Assembly (NCBI GenBank): GCA_964270895.1
Contig: OZ185438.1
Direction: 5' to 3' (one strand)
Origin: Podarcis filfolensis
Taxonomy: Eukaryota
Length of the DNA: 64,000 bases
Part shown: piece by piece, positions 39,311-52,497 of the stretch
How the letters are laid out: each line of letters begins with the position of its first letter
Numbering within the stretch: position 1 is the first letter of the stretch
Notes under the pieces: model-generated
The model's input: only the letters and a program-made list of their open reading frames with translations
Told to the model about the DNA's origin: nothing
Database searches by the model: none
Program-made: the position numbers and the translations under genes

Positions 39311-42021
39311 CTTTAGGAGGCATTTTAGCCCCACTTCAGCCCAGCTTTCATTCATCAGCCTCTGCTTTAGCCAGCCATCTCCTGAGCTCCCTTTCACTCA
39401 GCTTTCTATAACATCCTTGTTCAGCTTTCCTGCTTTTCCTTCCCCTCTTGCCTCTGATCCCCTTGGCTTGCTGCCAGGAGCTGGTGGCATCCACAGCCCT
39501 CCATAAATCACAGTTCCCTTCAGTCCTACCACACTGACCTATCATTTCTGTCACAAAAGTTGCACTGGTAGCTGATTGTCTGACAGACCCTTCTCAATGA
39601 ACTAAGATGTTTGTGAACACACCATTAGATCCATGGCTGGCCCTGAGGCAAAGTGAGGTGCTGACTGCACAGAGCAAATGTTAGGGGTGGCAAATTTTGT
39701 CCACAGGCTAAGGCTGAGTGTGATGATCTCAGAGTAGATGCACTCTTGAGAGGTTTGCAGGCAGCAGAGAGGTGATGGGGTCTCTAACACGACTCACTTG
39801 TTTTCCTTTCCTGCTTCATTAGTAGTAAAACTTGGGCAGGACACATCATTAGATTAGATTTACACTGATGGTGCAGTTTATTTCATCCCTTTTATAAAAA
39901 ATAAAATAAAAGAGAAACCAAACACATCAACATCAAGTCAATAATACATAGTTCTCCATTTATAAGCTTTTCAAAAAAAAGAAACAGGACAATACTCCCC
40001 TGGTATAATAAAATGTAACAGCACAAGGACACCAGACAGGTAACCATTACATGTTTCTTTTAGTGCCACTGTTAAAGAGCTCCTTTCTTTCTTTGTTAAG
40101 CAATTTCTATGACATGCTTGTGCCATGTCCATCCACTTGCTTGGATGGCTATTGTGGGTTTACAGGGATTTCTAATAAACTCAAAAGCCCCAACAAAGGA
40201 AGAGTGCTTGCTACAGTGGCACGTGCTCAAATGCTTATGGCCTCTACTGCATATAATATAACACAATAACTTCATTCAATGCCAAATCCTAGATATCACT
40301 GAATTCTCATTTTTATTTCATATATCACCATCTACCTGAACTGCAAACGCCGCCACCTCAGCATCAGAAATGAGAGACCGTTGCTTGAGCTTTTGTATAT
40401 GTTTGCTCTAATTCAGAGACAGCTCCCAATAGTACTTAATAGACAATGGTGTGTGTGTGTGTGTGTGTAAGAGAGATAGAGTAAAACACGGTTCAGAAAC
40501 TGCAAGGACAAATTTCTAGTGCCTGCATAACTCCATTGAGTTGAGTATGAATTGTCTCATATTTTCTTCCAAATTTATGTCCAGCCCTGATATTTTAATG
40601 ATTCAGTTGTTCTGCCGCTATTCAACTTTTCACAACCTTGGAAAAGATATTTGTGCCTATTTGTTTATTTTCCCTTCTCTTGCTCTCAGTCTTAATTGAT
40701 TTCACTAACTCTCAGCAACAACATAGTGTTGCCAAATCAGATTGGCTTTATAAAGTGATGACTTTGGGACCTCGTTTTCCTATAAGATTCCAGATTGGCT
40801 GGGATTATGTAAGCAAATACTCCCGGAGGGTGAAAGAAGCATCAGTCAGGTGTGTGGGGTGCCACTCAAGCCAGAGGAGTCGGCAGCATTTAGCAGGATT
40901 TTTTAAAAAGGTAAACATTCACATAAAGTATTTTTCAGAAACATTTCACTATTTTCTACTTGCAGATAAAAACTGGGCAATATTCACTGCATTGCTTATT
41001 ATCTCCTTTCACAAGGGTCTTGCAGTGGAATTCCATGCAGAAGACTTTTTTTTTTTTTTTTTTGCATAATACAGAGTAGATAGCATATGTGACAAAGGAA
41101 GTTTAAAAAATAGATTACTTAAATGGTTATGTCAGAATTGAGGAAAAAGCTGTTTTCAACACTGATATTGTACCTGGCTTGCAAGAGATATTTCAGGAGA
41201 TATAAAAGATTTAAATAATGGATTCTTGGCACATTTAGTTCTAATGTTTCAGTATAAAAAGCCCTTTAAGCTCTCTGCATCAACCAAGGAAGTATTTCCT
41301 AATGGGATAAGTTTGTTTCAGCCAATTTCTGTTTCACCATATTGCAAAATATTTTGGTGAACTCTTCTAAACCTTTAAAAATACTCTTCAGCTTCTACTA
41401 AATACAAAACAGGGAGAGGAATGTGAAACCAAACATTTAGAAATTATACAGTTAGTGTCAGGTTGTTCCAAGGAAAAGGCAGGAAATTGACATTTATTAA
41501 AATAGTTATGAAAAATTATAGGTGACAGCCAGTGTTTGTCAGAGTAGGCCCATTGACTTGGATATAATCCTACAAGAGGGATATGCTGTGCATTAAGAAA
41601 TAAGTATAATTTTCCCTCTCTGTACTAGAAGAACCAAGCCATATTGTATCACTTTATAATAAACTGGAATGGGATGATTATTTTAGGCTTATGGTATTTT
41701 GGGAGCTGATAGTCCTTAACCACATATTTAAAATATTGCTGCTTCTGCAGAAACTCTCATAGAATCAGCGTTTGATTGAGATTTTATATTTATATATATC
41801 TAAAAAGCTTTATATTAGAAAAAGCAAGCAAGGACAATTTGAAGGAGCTATCAGTCATCAAAACATTGCCTCAGTTATAGCATATGAGATCATTAACACC
41901 TCAGATTTCCATCTGTTTACAGGCAACCTGTGTTGATTGAAACTATAAAGCGTAGTAAAGACTTTGACACCTGTAGGCAATCATCACTTGATAGCTGCCT
42001 GACTTCTTATCAGACAACTGT

Positions 42022-42072
<51 letters not shown>
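42022..42072. repeat. (AAC)n microsatellite
   Basis: Read directly. Confidence 0.95.
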
Positions 42073-42073
<1 letters not shown>

Positions 42074-43963
42074 CCCATCTTATATATGATTGTGGGTTGG
42101 CAAAGGTCTTCTAGATAGCAATGGTTTGGCAAATTTATTCTACTGTGGTTTTGGAGAGGGAGAATGTAAGTAAAGGAGTGCTTGCTGAAGGCTGTATTAT
42201 GTGGTTTTACCTACTTGCATCTTAGATCCAAAATAGATGAGGAATTAATTGCTGCTGGTGATAGTTAAAAACTCCAGTGGAGCCAGGGGGAAAATGCATA
42301 TAGCTTAAAATATATTTTTTGCAGTTGTCAAAAGTGTTGGCTTGTGTTCTACTGGAGTTTTCCTGATTAATGTATTGCAGCATTTAACAGAGTCCCCCTT
42401 TCCCAAGCAGCAGGAAGGTTCATGACAGCTATTTATAGGACGGTTCTCTAGAGAGGAGTAAGTACTGGATCCTTTTATGCTCCTATTATATCTATTTACT
42501 TTCAAAGATACAAACTGAGCATAGGAGAGCAATCAAACATTAGGAGTAAAAGCATCTTTCAATGCATCAGGACCAGTTCATCCAAAGTAAAAGTAAAAGA
42601 CACCCAGTCCACCTAAGCTGGAAACCTTTGAACTGAGCTTCAGAAAGTCACCCTATTTTGTCCAAATTCCAGTTGCTCAGTTCTCCTTCATCTCCTCCCC
42701 AACCAGGGTAGCTTCAGTAAGTAGTCGCTATCAACCATCAAGAGCCATCGAATGCCAGCCAGCCAGCTCCCTCAGCTAGCAAACTATTCAGTGGTCTTGA
42801 GTAAATATAATTTTGCATAGCCAAAGGCATGTGTGCACTGCAGGTCCTTCATGTGCAGTGACTAAGGTCCCTTTGCTTCTCTAATGGTGTGGCTGCAACC
42901 TTTTGGGGTCTGAGCAAGGGAGCAGCTCATGACGAGATGCTATCCAGAAAGGGATGCAGAATAATGTAACTGAAACATTTGTTGTCTGCCCTATGCAGTG
43001 AATATTTTTTGCCATATTTGAACTACCTTCTTAAACTCTCCCACAAGTTATATTAATCTTATGTATATTAATGGTTCTGAATTGTCATTAAGCAAGTAAC
43101 TGGCTCCCAAGGAACGACTTCCCACTCAATTAAGCCAAATACTGTTTTCTTTTAGTAAATGTCTGATGACTGTTTGCAGGTCAAACTTTTAGTCCTTACT
43201 TGCAGCTGGAGATCATTCAGATTGTTAGGTCAGCCTCTAAGACAATCCCTCTTGCACATGCATTGCTTAAGCACAGCTTAGCCATGATAGCTAGAAAAAA
43301 ACTCCATGTTTAAAGTTAGTATACCTCTGAATGTCAGACGCTGGGGACAAACCACAGAAATGGTGTCTTACCTTCATGCACAGAGGCATCTCTCTGGCTA
43401 TTAGGTGAGGCGAATGCTAGAATTGATGGATATTTAGTCTGATCCAATAAGGTTTATGTTTTTTATCCCAGTTAAATATTCAAAAGGCCATGGACTGGCT
43501 CAGCTGTATGCATACCAGATATAAAGACATAATTCTTTATGCCTATGAAAGTCTTGGGCAATGTAGCTTGGACCCAATGGCCAAAACATGGGTAATGGTA
43601 GGCTTCGGGCATTCACTACGGAACGCACAAAGGTGCCTCTGGGAATGTGTGGGGCTGGGGGAGTCATGCATGCACATAGTGCTCCCAAGACAATGTGTGA
43701 GCCGGAAGAGGCTCATCATTGGAAAAGGGTTTCAAAACAGGGATGGGAACCCTTAGCAATCAGAGTTCCTACAACTAGATTGGGCAGCCTTCACACAATG
43801 AACTGGGTAACTCTTCAGATTGACGCAGAAGTACTGCTGGCACATGTGATCTCAAATGTGGGGCAGCAGCTAGCTCCACATTTTCCAGTTGGCACTCTTG
43901 CATATTATGTGCTGGGTGCCTGAAGAAAATGTGTGGGAATCCAGGTTTTGAATTATGTTGGTA

Positions 43964-44148
43964 CAGTCATACCTCAGGTTGCGAACGCTGCAGGTTGCGC
44001 GTTTTCGGGTTAGGGACCGCGCTGAACCTGGAAGTACCGGAATGGCTTACTTCCGGGTTTCAGCGCTCATGCATGCACAGAAGCGCTGAATCATGTCATG
44101 CAAGTGTGCCTCCTGCACAGATCACGTTTGCAACCTGAGGTATGACTG
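43964..44148. mobile_element. Tc1/mariner MITE family B
   Basis: Same TIRs and TA TSD as 36376-36631, opposite orientation. Confidence 0.88.
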
Positions 44149-44735
44149 TATATAAATGCCAGTGAGTTTTAGAAATTTTGATTCCATGCCCATTACAGGT
44201 CAGTTCTGACAACAGCCCAGCTTTGTCAAAGTATCATCACTGAAATAAAACCAGTGTTCTATCGGGCAGTGACCAATACCCTTAAAACAAACAAGTGTGA
44301 TTTATGCTCTGCTGTGTCAAAATTGCAGGCTGATTTTGTGATACATACCAGTGACAGCTACAATGAGGATAGATGAGAGCAAAACATATTCCTTTAGAAT
44401 CGCTTTGAATCTTGATTGTTCAGATGAAATGCTAGTTGCAATTTAACTTACCTTTCCATTGGCCTATTTTTCCTTGACAGCTATTTACCCTGATTTTCCC
44501 CATTTGATTCTTTCTTTCCCCTTCCTCCCTAATGTGCACTGTCTTTTCTTTAAAATGTATGACTTTTGTGCCTAACAATTTTAAATGTATTTACTATTAT
44601 TCGTTTTGCCATCATCAGATCTCTCCATTGAGTGACTACTTCTCAGCAGGTCTACCCAGGGGATTCTCAAAATTATGCCATTGAGTCTTGGTAAGTACAG
44701 TAAGGAGAAAAGTTCTGCTTGGGTTTCTGTAAGTA

Positions 44736-44960
44736 CAGTGGTACCTCAGGTTACATATGCTTCAGGTTACATACGCTTCAGGTTATGGACTCCGCTAACC
44801 CAGAAATAGTGCTTCAGGTTAAGAACTTTGTTTCAGGATAAGAACAGAAATCGTGCTCCAGCGGCACGGCGGCAGCAGGAGGCCCCATTAGCTAAAGCGC
44901 TGCTTCAGGTTAAGAACTGACCTCCAGAATGAATTAAGTACTTAACCCGAGGTACCACTG
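44736..44960 (+). mobile_element. Tc1/mariner MITE family A
   Basis: TA-CAGTGGTACCTC...GAGGTACCACTG-TA. Confidence 0.9.
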
Positions 44961-46149
44961 TACATATCTTTAGGAAAATTTCTAGCTAGATTGCATTCTG
45001 AAATATAGGTACTTTGCCACTATCATATCTGCTGCAGTAACTCCCAGTCATGAATGCTCAAGGAATTTGGTCTCCTGTGCTTGACCTATCTGCACTATCA
45101 AGCTTGACCTTGATGACACAGAGATCTTCATCATGTGCATGTTCCGTTTTATCTGAGCACAGATTCACTATATCTAGGACCTCTTACAATATATATATAT
45201 AAACCTCTCTGCACTTGCTTGTATGGACATACGTGTGAGTCCATCAGAATGATGAATACATTTCAGAATATAACTCTTGTGTAAAGAGTTGGGGGCAGAA
45301 AACAACAATCCAGAGGATCCGAACTAAATTTCTGTTGTCCTCTATTACTTGGTTTACAGCCTACTGCTTGTTGTTTCTCTTATTTAATTAAAGATTCTGG
45401 TTCAGATAAATGTTGCATGGGAGTGCTATAGTGTGTTTTGCAGTGCAAAGATTGACTCAATCCCATTTTTTATTAAACCAGACAAAAAAAAACATGCTTG
45501 GTAGCTCTCAGGTTGCTAACTGGATATTGTGATATTTAATGTATGGTGTGCTTAGTTTTGTGTCAACTCAGCCAACAAGATTGCTTTGGCAGATGCACTT
45601 TCACAAGGCATGTATAAAAGCAGGGAGTGGGAAGATTTTGAACTTACATTACCATATCTGTGCTCTTTTGACAATAACATTTGGACAATAATTTCTGTCA
45701 GGACACCCTGGACTTTATCAAAGTCCAGAGAAATGTGGTTTTTATTATTGCATTTCACAGGCAATTGAGAATGCGGGGGGGGGGGGGGATAATAATTTGA
45801 GTTGAGTTTGAGCATCAACCTATTGTGAATTGCATGGCCCCACTTTATAAAGCATCTGAGCATGTATGGAATGCACCTCCCACGTTGCTATACTCATCCG
45901 GCCTCAACTGTAAATGTTCTGGTGACTACTGTAAAGTGCTGTACAGTATTGGGGTGGCGGGGTGGGGTGTCACCCTTGAAGATGGTCCTGAGGCTGCAAC
46001 TAGAGCAGAATGTGGCTGCTAACCGAGGCAACCCATGTGACCACGTGTGACAGGTCCTGAAAGCCCTGCTCTGGCTGCCAGCCAGCTCCTCTGCCATTCA
46101 TGATATTAGTACTAGCATAGAAACACCTTAATGACTCAGGAGGACTCAA

Positions 46150-46578
46150 GCACCTAAAAGAGCACCTTCTCCAGAATAAACCATCTCAGCCCTAAAATCA
46201 TTCAGAGAGGCACAGTTGCCATTCACCCATCAGACAGCCTTCCCAGCTGCAGTTTCCCCATTTGTGGAATGCCCTCCTTAGTGAGGTGTGTCTGTTTTCC
46301 CCATTCTTAAATTTTGAGAGGAAGTTAAAAATATTCTTGTTTACTCAGGCATTTGATAGCTGAAAGTTTCTGTTCCTGGCATGGAAATCGATTGAAATTT
46401 TAAGCTGGGAGAGTGCATTATTATTTTATATGTTTTTTAGATGATTTAACTTTTTAAAAAATCATTTTTAGATTATTAAAATTGTTTTGAAACAATTTTT
46501 AATTGTTTTATCACTGATGCATTTGCTGCCTTGAGCTCCTTTGGGAGGAAGGGCAGCATAGAATTCTAATAAATAAAT
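46150..46578 (+). mobile_element. Old L2 3' fragment
   Basis: TTGTGGAATGCCCTCC (LWNAL) and a GCCTTGAGCTCC...AATAAATAAATA tail. Confidence 0.6.
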
Positions 46579-49500
46579 ACTTGTAAGGTGAAGAATTCAG
46601 GATTTGAGGGTAGAGCTGCCAGGCAGTTTGAGTCCCAGGACCTCTCTTTTTCATTAGAAAAAAGCCAGTTTATTTTTAGTAAGGTCAGAATAATAAATTT
46701 CCACATCAAAACAAAACAAAATGTTAACGTACATTCAACGCAAGAACTATACATGAGTAGGCAGATATAGTCACGATGACCTTCCTCTGTTAAAGATCAC
46801 CATAACAACATGCTACATTTGATTTAACAACATTAACTTTGATCATTGCTGCAGCCGATGCAAACTGAGTAACTTTTATGGGGTTACAAATTTGCCAATA
46901 CTGTTTCAAGGAGATTCAGTTTTCTAAAGAAACTAAACATTAGAAACCTGATTGAGCACAGAAGCAACTAGTTCCCCCACAATTCTTGTTTTTATCTGTA
47001 AACCACCCTGAGTCCCATCAGGGAAAAAGGTGGAGTATAAATATAGTTGTTATTGTTTTTATTATTATTAATAATAATAAGTCCATTGTTTGCATGACCT
47101 GCCAGTGCACTGCTGTAAATGTTTTTCTTAACTCATATAGATTAACAAAACAAAAAACAAAAACCCAGCCTCACAGCCAAAGCAGTCTGTCTGATCAACT
47201 TATACCTTGGCGATAAGTGCAATGTTCACACTACCAACAGATTTGATTGAACATTAGTGTACCCAAGTTTGCTTTTGGACTGGTATTTTACAGAAGAGAA
47301 CCCCTGCACCTTCAGACATATTGTTGTTGTTGTTGTTGTTGTTGTTGTTTCTATAGAATAAGCACAATTCTCCCTTTTTGCAGATGCAGGCGTCTCACTC
47401 CACTAACATCAGAATCAGCCTTTTACTGAGTCAGACCACTGGTCCACCTAATGCAGTGCCGTCTGCATCAGGGACAGTCAACACCATGCTCCCTGGATGT
47501 TGTTGAGCTTCATCTCCTTTCACCTCTGGCCATTGGCTGTGCTGGCTGCAGCTGATGGGAGCTGTAGTCCAGCAATATTTGCTACCCCTGGTCTCCATCA
47601 ACTGCAGTGGCTCTGTGGGATTTCAGGTAGGAGTCTTTCTGAGCCTTAACTGGAGATGCCAGGGATCAAAGCTGGGAGGTTTTGCAAGCATGTTCTCTTG
47701 CATTGAGGCACAGCATTTCTGCTATTGCTTTGGCTCAAAGAAGTGCAGGATCCCTTGCTTCTCTCACATGTTTCTGTGCTATAAGAAATGCCACAGTCCC
47801 CTGAAAGGAGACGGGCACTTTATGTAAGTGTACCTTTGAAAAACACGGGTAAAATCAGCAAGAACATTTGACAGAAGAGCTGCATGTGTAAGTAAGCAAA
47901 CGCTTACTTTGGCCTTGCAGGTCTAGTAGTCATGCCCATTTAGCACAACATCATCCCATCAGTACTCATGCCCATTTTTAACCAAACTATTCCCAGAGGA
48001 GATAATTTTCACAGCTAGGTTCAATGCTTTGCTATCAGCAGTTGTGAGACTGATTTCCTAGACTCCCATGGAACTCAGATTTCTTAGAAAAGAAGTTTAG
48101 TTGAAGAGTTAGACCATGTTCTCCTGAACTGCAATTTTTATAGGGATTTAAGTTTCCCCTTTTTATCTCCCCAGTATTTTCTCTCTACTTGAAGAACTCA
48201 GTTGAATTCTGTATCTTAATTTTAATGGCAAACTCCAACCCTGAGATCACAGAAAACATAGGTAACAATTATTAAAGTGATTCTGAATCGAAATTGTCTG
48301 AATATTTATTTCTGATTGTTCACTGGTTCTGTTATATTCTCATTCTAAAGGGAAAAATATTGCCCTCCCTCTCACTAGGGGTGCCTTGATAACTGTGCAC
48401 TGTATTGGAGGCTTATGGACTGTTGACCAAGTAAACTGAAATAGTCATTGCTTAACAGAACTGATTATGAAATAAAATATCATACAATTGACTCTGAGCT
48501 TACACTGAGCACACTGTCACCATCAGAGAAATGTCTAAACTGTACAACTTAGGGTGGTACTTCCACACCACTACTAAGACATGCATGCTGCAGCTCTGTA
48601 CCTTGTGGCCATATAAACTCATTGTAACCATGGGATTTAGGAGAGGGTAGGGAACACTGGTAAGCAAACACAGTTGACCAGGACTGGGGAACCTCTGGGC
48701 TTCCAGATGTTGTTGGACTTCAACTCCCATTAGCTGCAGGCAGCATGGCTGGTGGTGAGAGATGATGGAGTCCAGCTACCACCTGAGTGCCACAGTTCCC
48801 CCATAAACCACACAACAGATTATTTACAAAAGCATGCCAACTTTTAGAGACAGCTTCTATCCACTTTATCTGCACATTTTGCTCCATTTTAGCCAATGCA
48901 TCGTGCCTCCTTTGACACAACTTTGCTATGCCTTGTTCCTTTGGTTTGAAACTTGCATTGTGGGTGGCCCCCAGCATTTTAACACTCTCTCTAGCATCTA
49001 GCATCCGAGAGTGCAAATGCTGATACCAGGAACAGCTGTATCCCAATGCAGGCTATAGCAGGCCCTACCAACATTCTCTTTAGCGTAAGAGCTCGTTGCC
49101 CTGGATTGAAAACTAGCTAAAGATCAGTTGATGATCTTGAATAGTACCTCCAAAAGGAACAAAGGCAATGCTGACGCCCAATCCAGAGCTGTAAGTAACA
49201 GTGCAATCCTAATTACATGGAAGCTCCTCCAATCAGAGTGAGCCTTATTCCCAAGTAAGGGAATCTAGGATTGCCAAGTTAGAAAAGTTCCCTTTACACA
49301 TTATATGTGTGAAGAGGGCTCTATGCACTGAAAGAGGCTTGCTGCTCGCTCTGCTCTGTTATTGGGTGTGGTTCACTGACCTCAACCCCAAAGTCCACAT
49401 ATCAAGACCTATGAATGTAGAGCTTTGCATAAGCTGGAACCCTGAACAAGTGGAAAACCAGTTGTGTGGAAGCCTCCCAGCACACAGAGTTATCCCACAG

Positions 49501-50110
49501 TCAACATATGTGACGTTTATATCCAACTGATGTCATGACCCATGTAGAAAAATAGAACTGAAAAGGACCGAGGAGCAATCTATCGAACTTAGGCCCATTG
49601 CTCAACATTTCATAACTGCAGTCTAAACCAGTGACTTAGATGTGTGAACTGAACCATCAGAGTCAAAAACTACAGAGATAACTTCTGAATTATCTCACTT
49701 CATTTTGCACACAATTCCTTTTCACTGGAATCAATTCATACTTCCAGCTTTGCATTCTCAGGTGATGGGAAATCAAGGGGCATAGCTGAATGTGTGCACT
49801 GGCTCTTGGAAACATCCAAACCTTGTCCTGCTCCAGCAGCTGCTATTCCTACTGGTGTTTCTGTGCCACCCTGCACTCATAAGCCCCACATGTAGGATGG
49901 TGTAGAGAGATGACTGACAAATCCAGTTTTCTGCATATTTATATTTTCTTTGCTTGATTTGTCCAAGACCATAGTAAATATTCTGACAGTTTATCTAAAC
50001 CTAGCTCTTTGATTTCACAGACTGATGTATAAGAAAATAATATTTATGGAAAGTTACATTGGATTGCATTCAGTGACATTTCATATACTGCAAAGTACAT
50101 TGTAAACATA

Positions 50111-50132
50111 TGTGTGTGTGTGTGTGTGTGTA

Positions 50133-50166
<34 letters not shown>
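50111..50166. repeat. (TG)10-TA-(CA)9-(GA)n compound microsatellite
   Basis: Read directly. Confidence 0.95.
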
Positions 50167-51739
50167 AAACAGGAAACATCTAGGGCTGTAAATACAAAAA
50201 AAGGGAGATGTGTATCTCAGAGATGCTGGAAAGGCTGAATGTTCACTATTATGGTAGCCCAACATGTTTCCGCTCAAGAGAACCTATAAAGAAACAGATG
50301 AGCCAGCCCCTGAAGAGGCTCCCTTGAACTTAAACATGTTGAGCTAACATAATACCAAATTTTCATCCTTTCAAGCATCTCTGAGATACATACCCCCCCC
50401 TTTTAATGTATACATATCCACATACATAGTGTGTAGGTAGGTAGGCATCTAGGTTCCATAAAATAACAGATAAATATTATGAAAATATAGAGTTTTTATT
50501 TGCAGACATATAAACACTTTTGGTACAGTACAGACATATTGTCAGAACTCAAGAAAAGTGTCAGTTCTAAGCAGAGCACTCATTTGCCTTGTTTTACACA
50601 GCTAGATTTGATGGAGACATCTGGCATGAAAGTTTTGCAGCTTTTGCAATCATTGTTAAAGGTGTGCATTGCTGATAACCCCTCTGCTGTGTAAATGCAG
50701 AGATAGGCAGGTGTCAGTTCTGGGAAGATATGTCACTGGCTTTAGGAAGGAAAGTTATGGGCATGATCGAAAAGACTAAGCTAATGAAAAGGAAGGGAGC
50801 CAAGAGTCAGTAATTAGCTGCTGTTCTCTCACACAAAATACCCATTGAGAGAATAGCAAGAGCCCAAATTTAAAAAACCAAAGGTTCATATGACCAATAA
50901 TTTTTGTTTCAATATGAGATATCTAATTCAGAAACATTGCTTTTTTAAAAAAGAAAAAGAAAAATTATACAACCAAAGTGATGGAATACTACTGATAGAT
51001 CATTGAAACTACAAAGCATTATTAACAACAACTAGGGATCACTAGATCAACAACAACAACAAAATTAGTTGGGGTGGTGGTAGATGGAACTATAATATTC
51101 TGAAATGGAGGGATATTGATCGTGGGCCCCAGTCCAGAGATATTTGCAGGCAGTGGGAACTGCACACAAGGATCTCTCCTGCAGGCCTCAGTAGATGAGA
51201 AGGATTGTAAGCTCTGCCTCTGACACCGTTATTCACCTATTTGGAGCAAGAGGGGTGTCTGAATCAGCAGTTTAGTAGTGAGTGGATGAGCGGAATGTAG
51301 AATTTCTCCCTGTCACATCTTTTTGTATTTAAGGTTCAAGGCCCATAAGGACAATGCATGCATGGAAACATTTTCCACATGCAGATAGTCTTGATGGAGT
51401 CGGCATGATGGTTATCAGGCTCTCTTACTCTCAAGTAATAGAAATTGATCCTTAGAAATAACTGGCATTTCACTGCTCCCTTACTTTGCTGCACTTAGTC
51501 TACAGCCTTGTGCACTCTTACTTGAGGAGAAAGCCTCATTTAGCTCAGGTCACTATGCATAGGAACAGGCTGTTGTACTTTAGATTCTAGTGGCAGGTAC
51601 TCAAACCTCTTGAAGGCTTGGGGAAATCTTGCACAGAGGCATCCCAAAAGTTTCAAGAAGTGTTATGTCAGGGAAATTGGCAACAGAAACCCTTTTCTGC
51701 CCTGTGTACACCTCAACTCGTTCGCATCCCAGATGGCAT

Positions 51740-52497
51740 ATTTATTTTATTTGTTCCAAGAGATACTGATCAAAATACTGCTGAAGCAATTTATAATGTT
51801 TGTTCTCCATATTGAGGTGAAAGTGAACATCTAATTTCTGTCCATAACCTCACAAGGGGATAATGGGTACCCTCAACAAATTGCACTTCTTGTTAATGCC
51901 GTTCCTATATAGAGGGAGATTTATATATTTAATCATCTGAGGTAATAAAACATTCTGTTTGATTTACCAGTGCATATTTTCTTGTCAACTTCTTGTATAT
52001 ACAATAGAGCATATAATTATTATACCTCAAACCCATACTTTTATTTTGTTTATTTTTCCCCTTTAGAAAAACAATGTTTTAAAATATACTTTTCATTTTC
52101 TTTTAAACAGACTCATTTACAGGAATGGCAGATGTTGCCCTCTTGTGGTAAAAAATGACTTAGGAATGAAAAAGAATTTAACAATGAATTTGTCATTGTC
52201 TTACCTTTCACTTTATGAATACTGACTTAATTTATGGGTGGGTCTTGTGATGACCAAGTCTACACAGACAAGTTATGAGCTGTTAGCACTATGGTTTCAT
52301 AAAAAAGCTGTACAATGAATTTGATTTTCTTTTTCTTTTCACTGAAAAAAAGCTGTAGACAGCTACAGTATTTACAATTATAATAAGTTATAAATCAGTA
52401 GTCCTTCATTGTAGCTACTGCTGACAATCCTGTATCTGGGAACTTTATCACTATTCAGAATTATTAGGTTTTGGTTGAGATTATCCATTTGAAGCCA
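51740..52497 (-). promoter_or_regulatory. PCDH20: Proximal PCDH20 3' UTR with candidate poly(A) signals and Pumilio elements
   Basis: AT-rich. AATAAA on the minus strand at 52049-52054, 52040-52045 and 51741-51746; TGTAAATA at 52369-52376; TGTATATA at 51996-52003. The transcript end is not determined. Confidence 0.5.
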
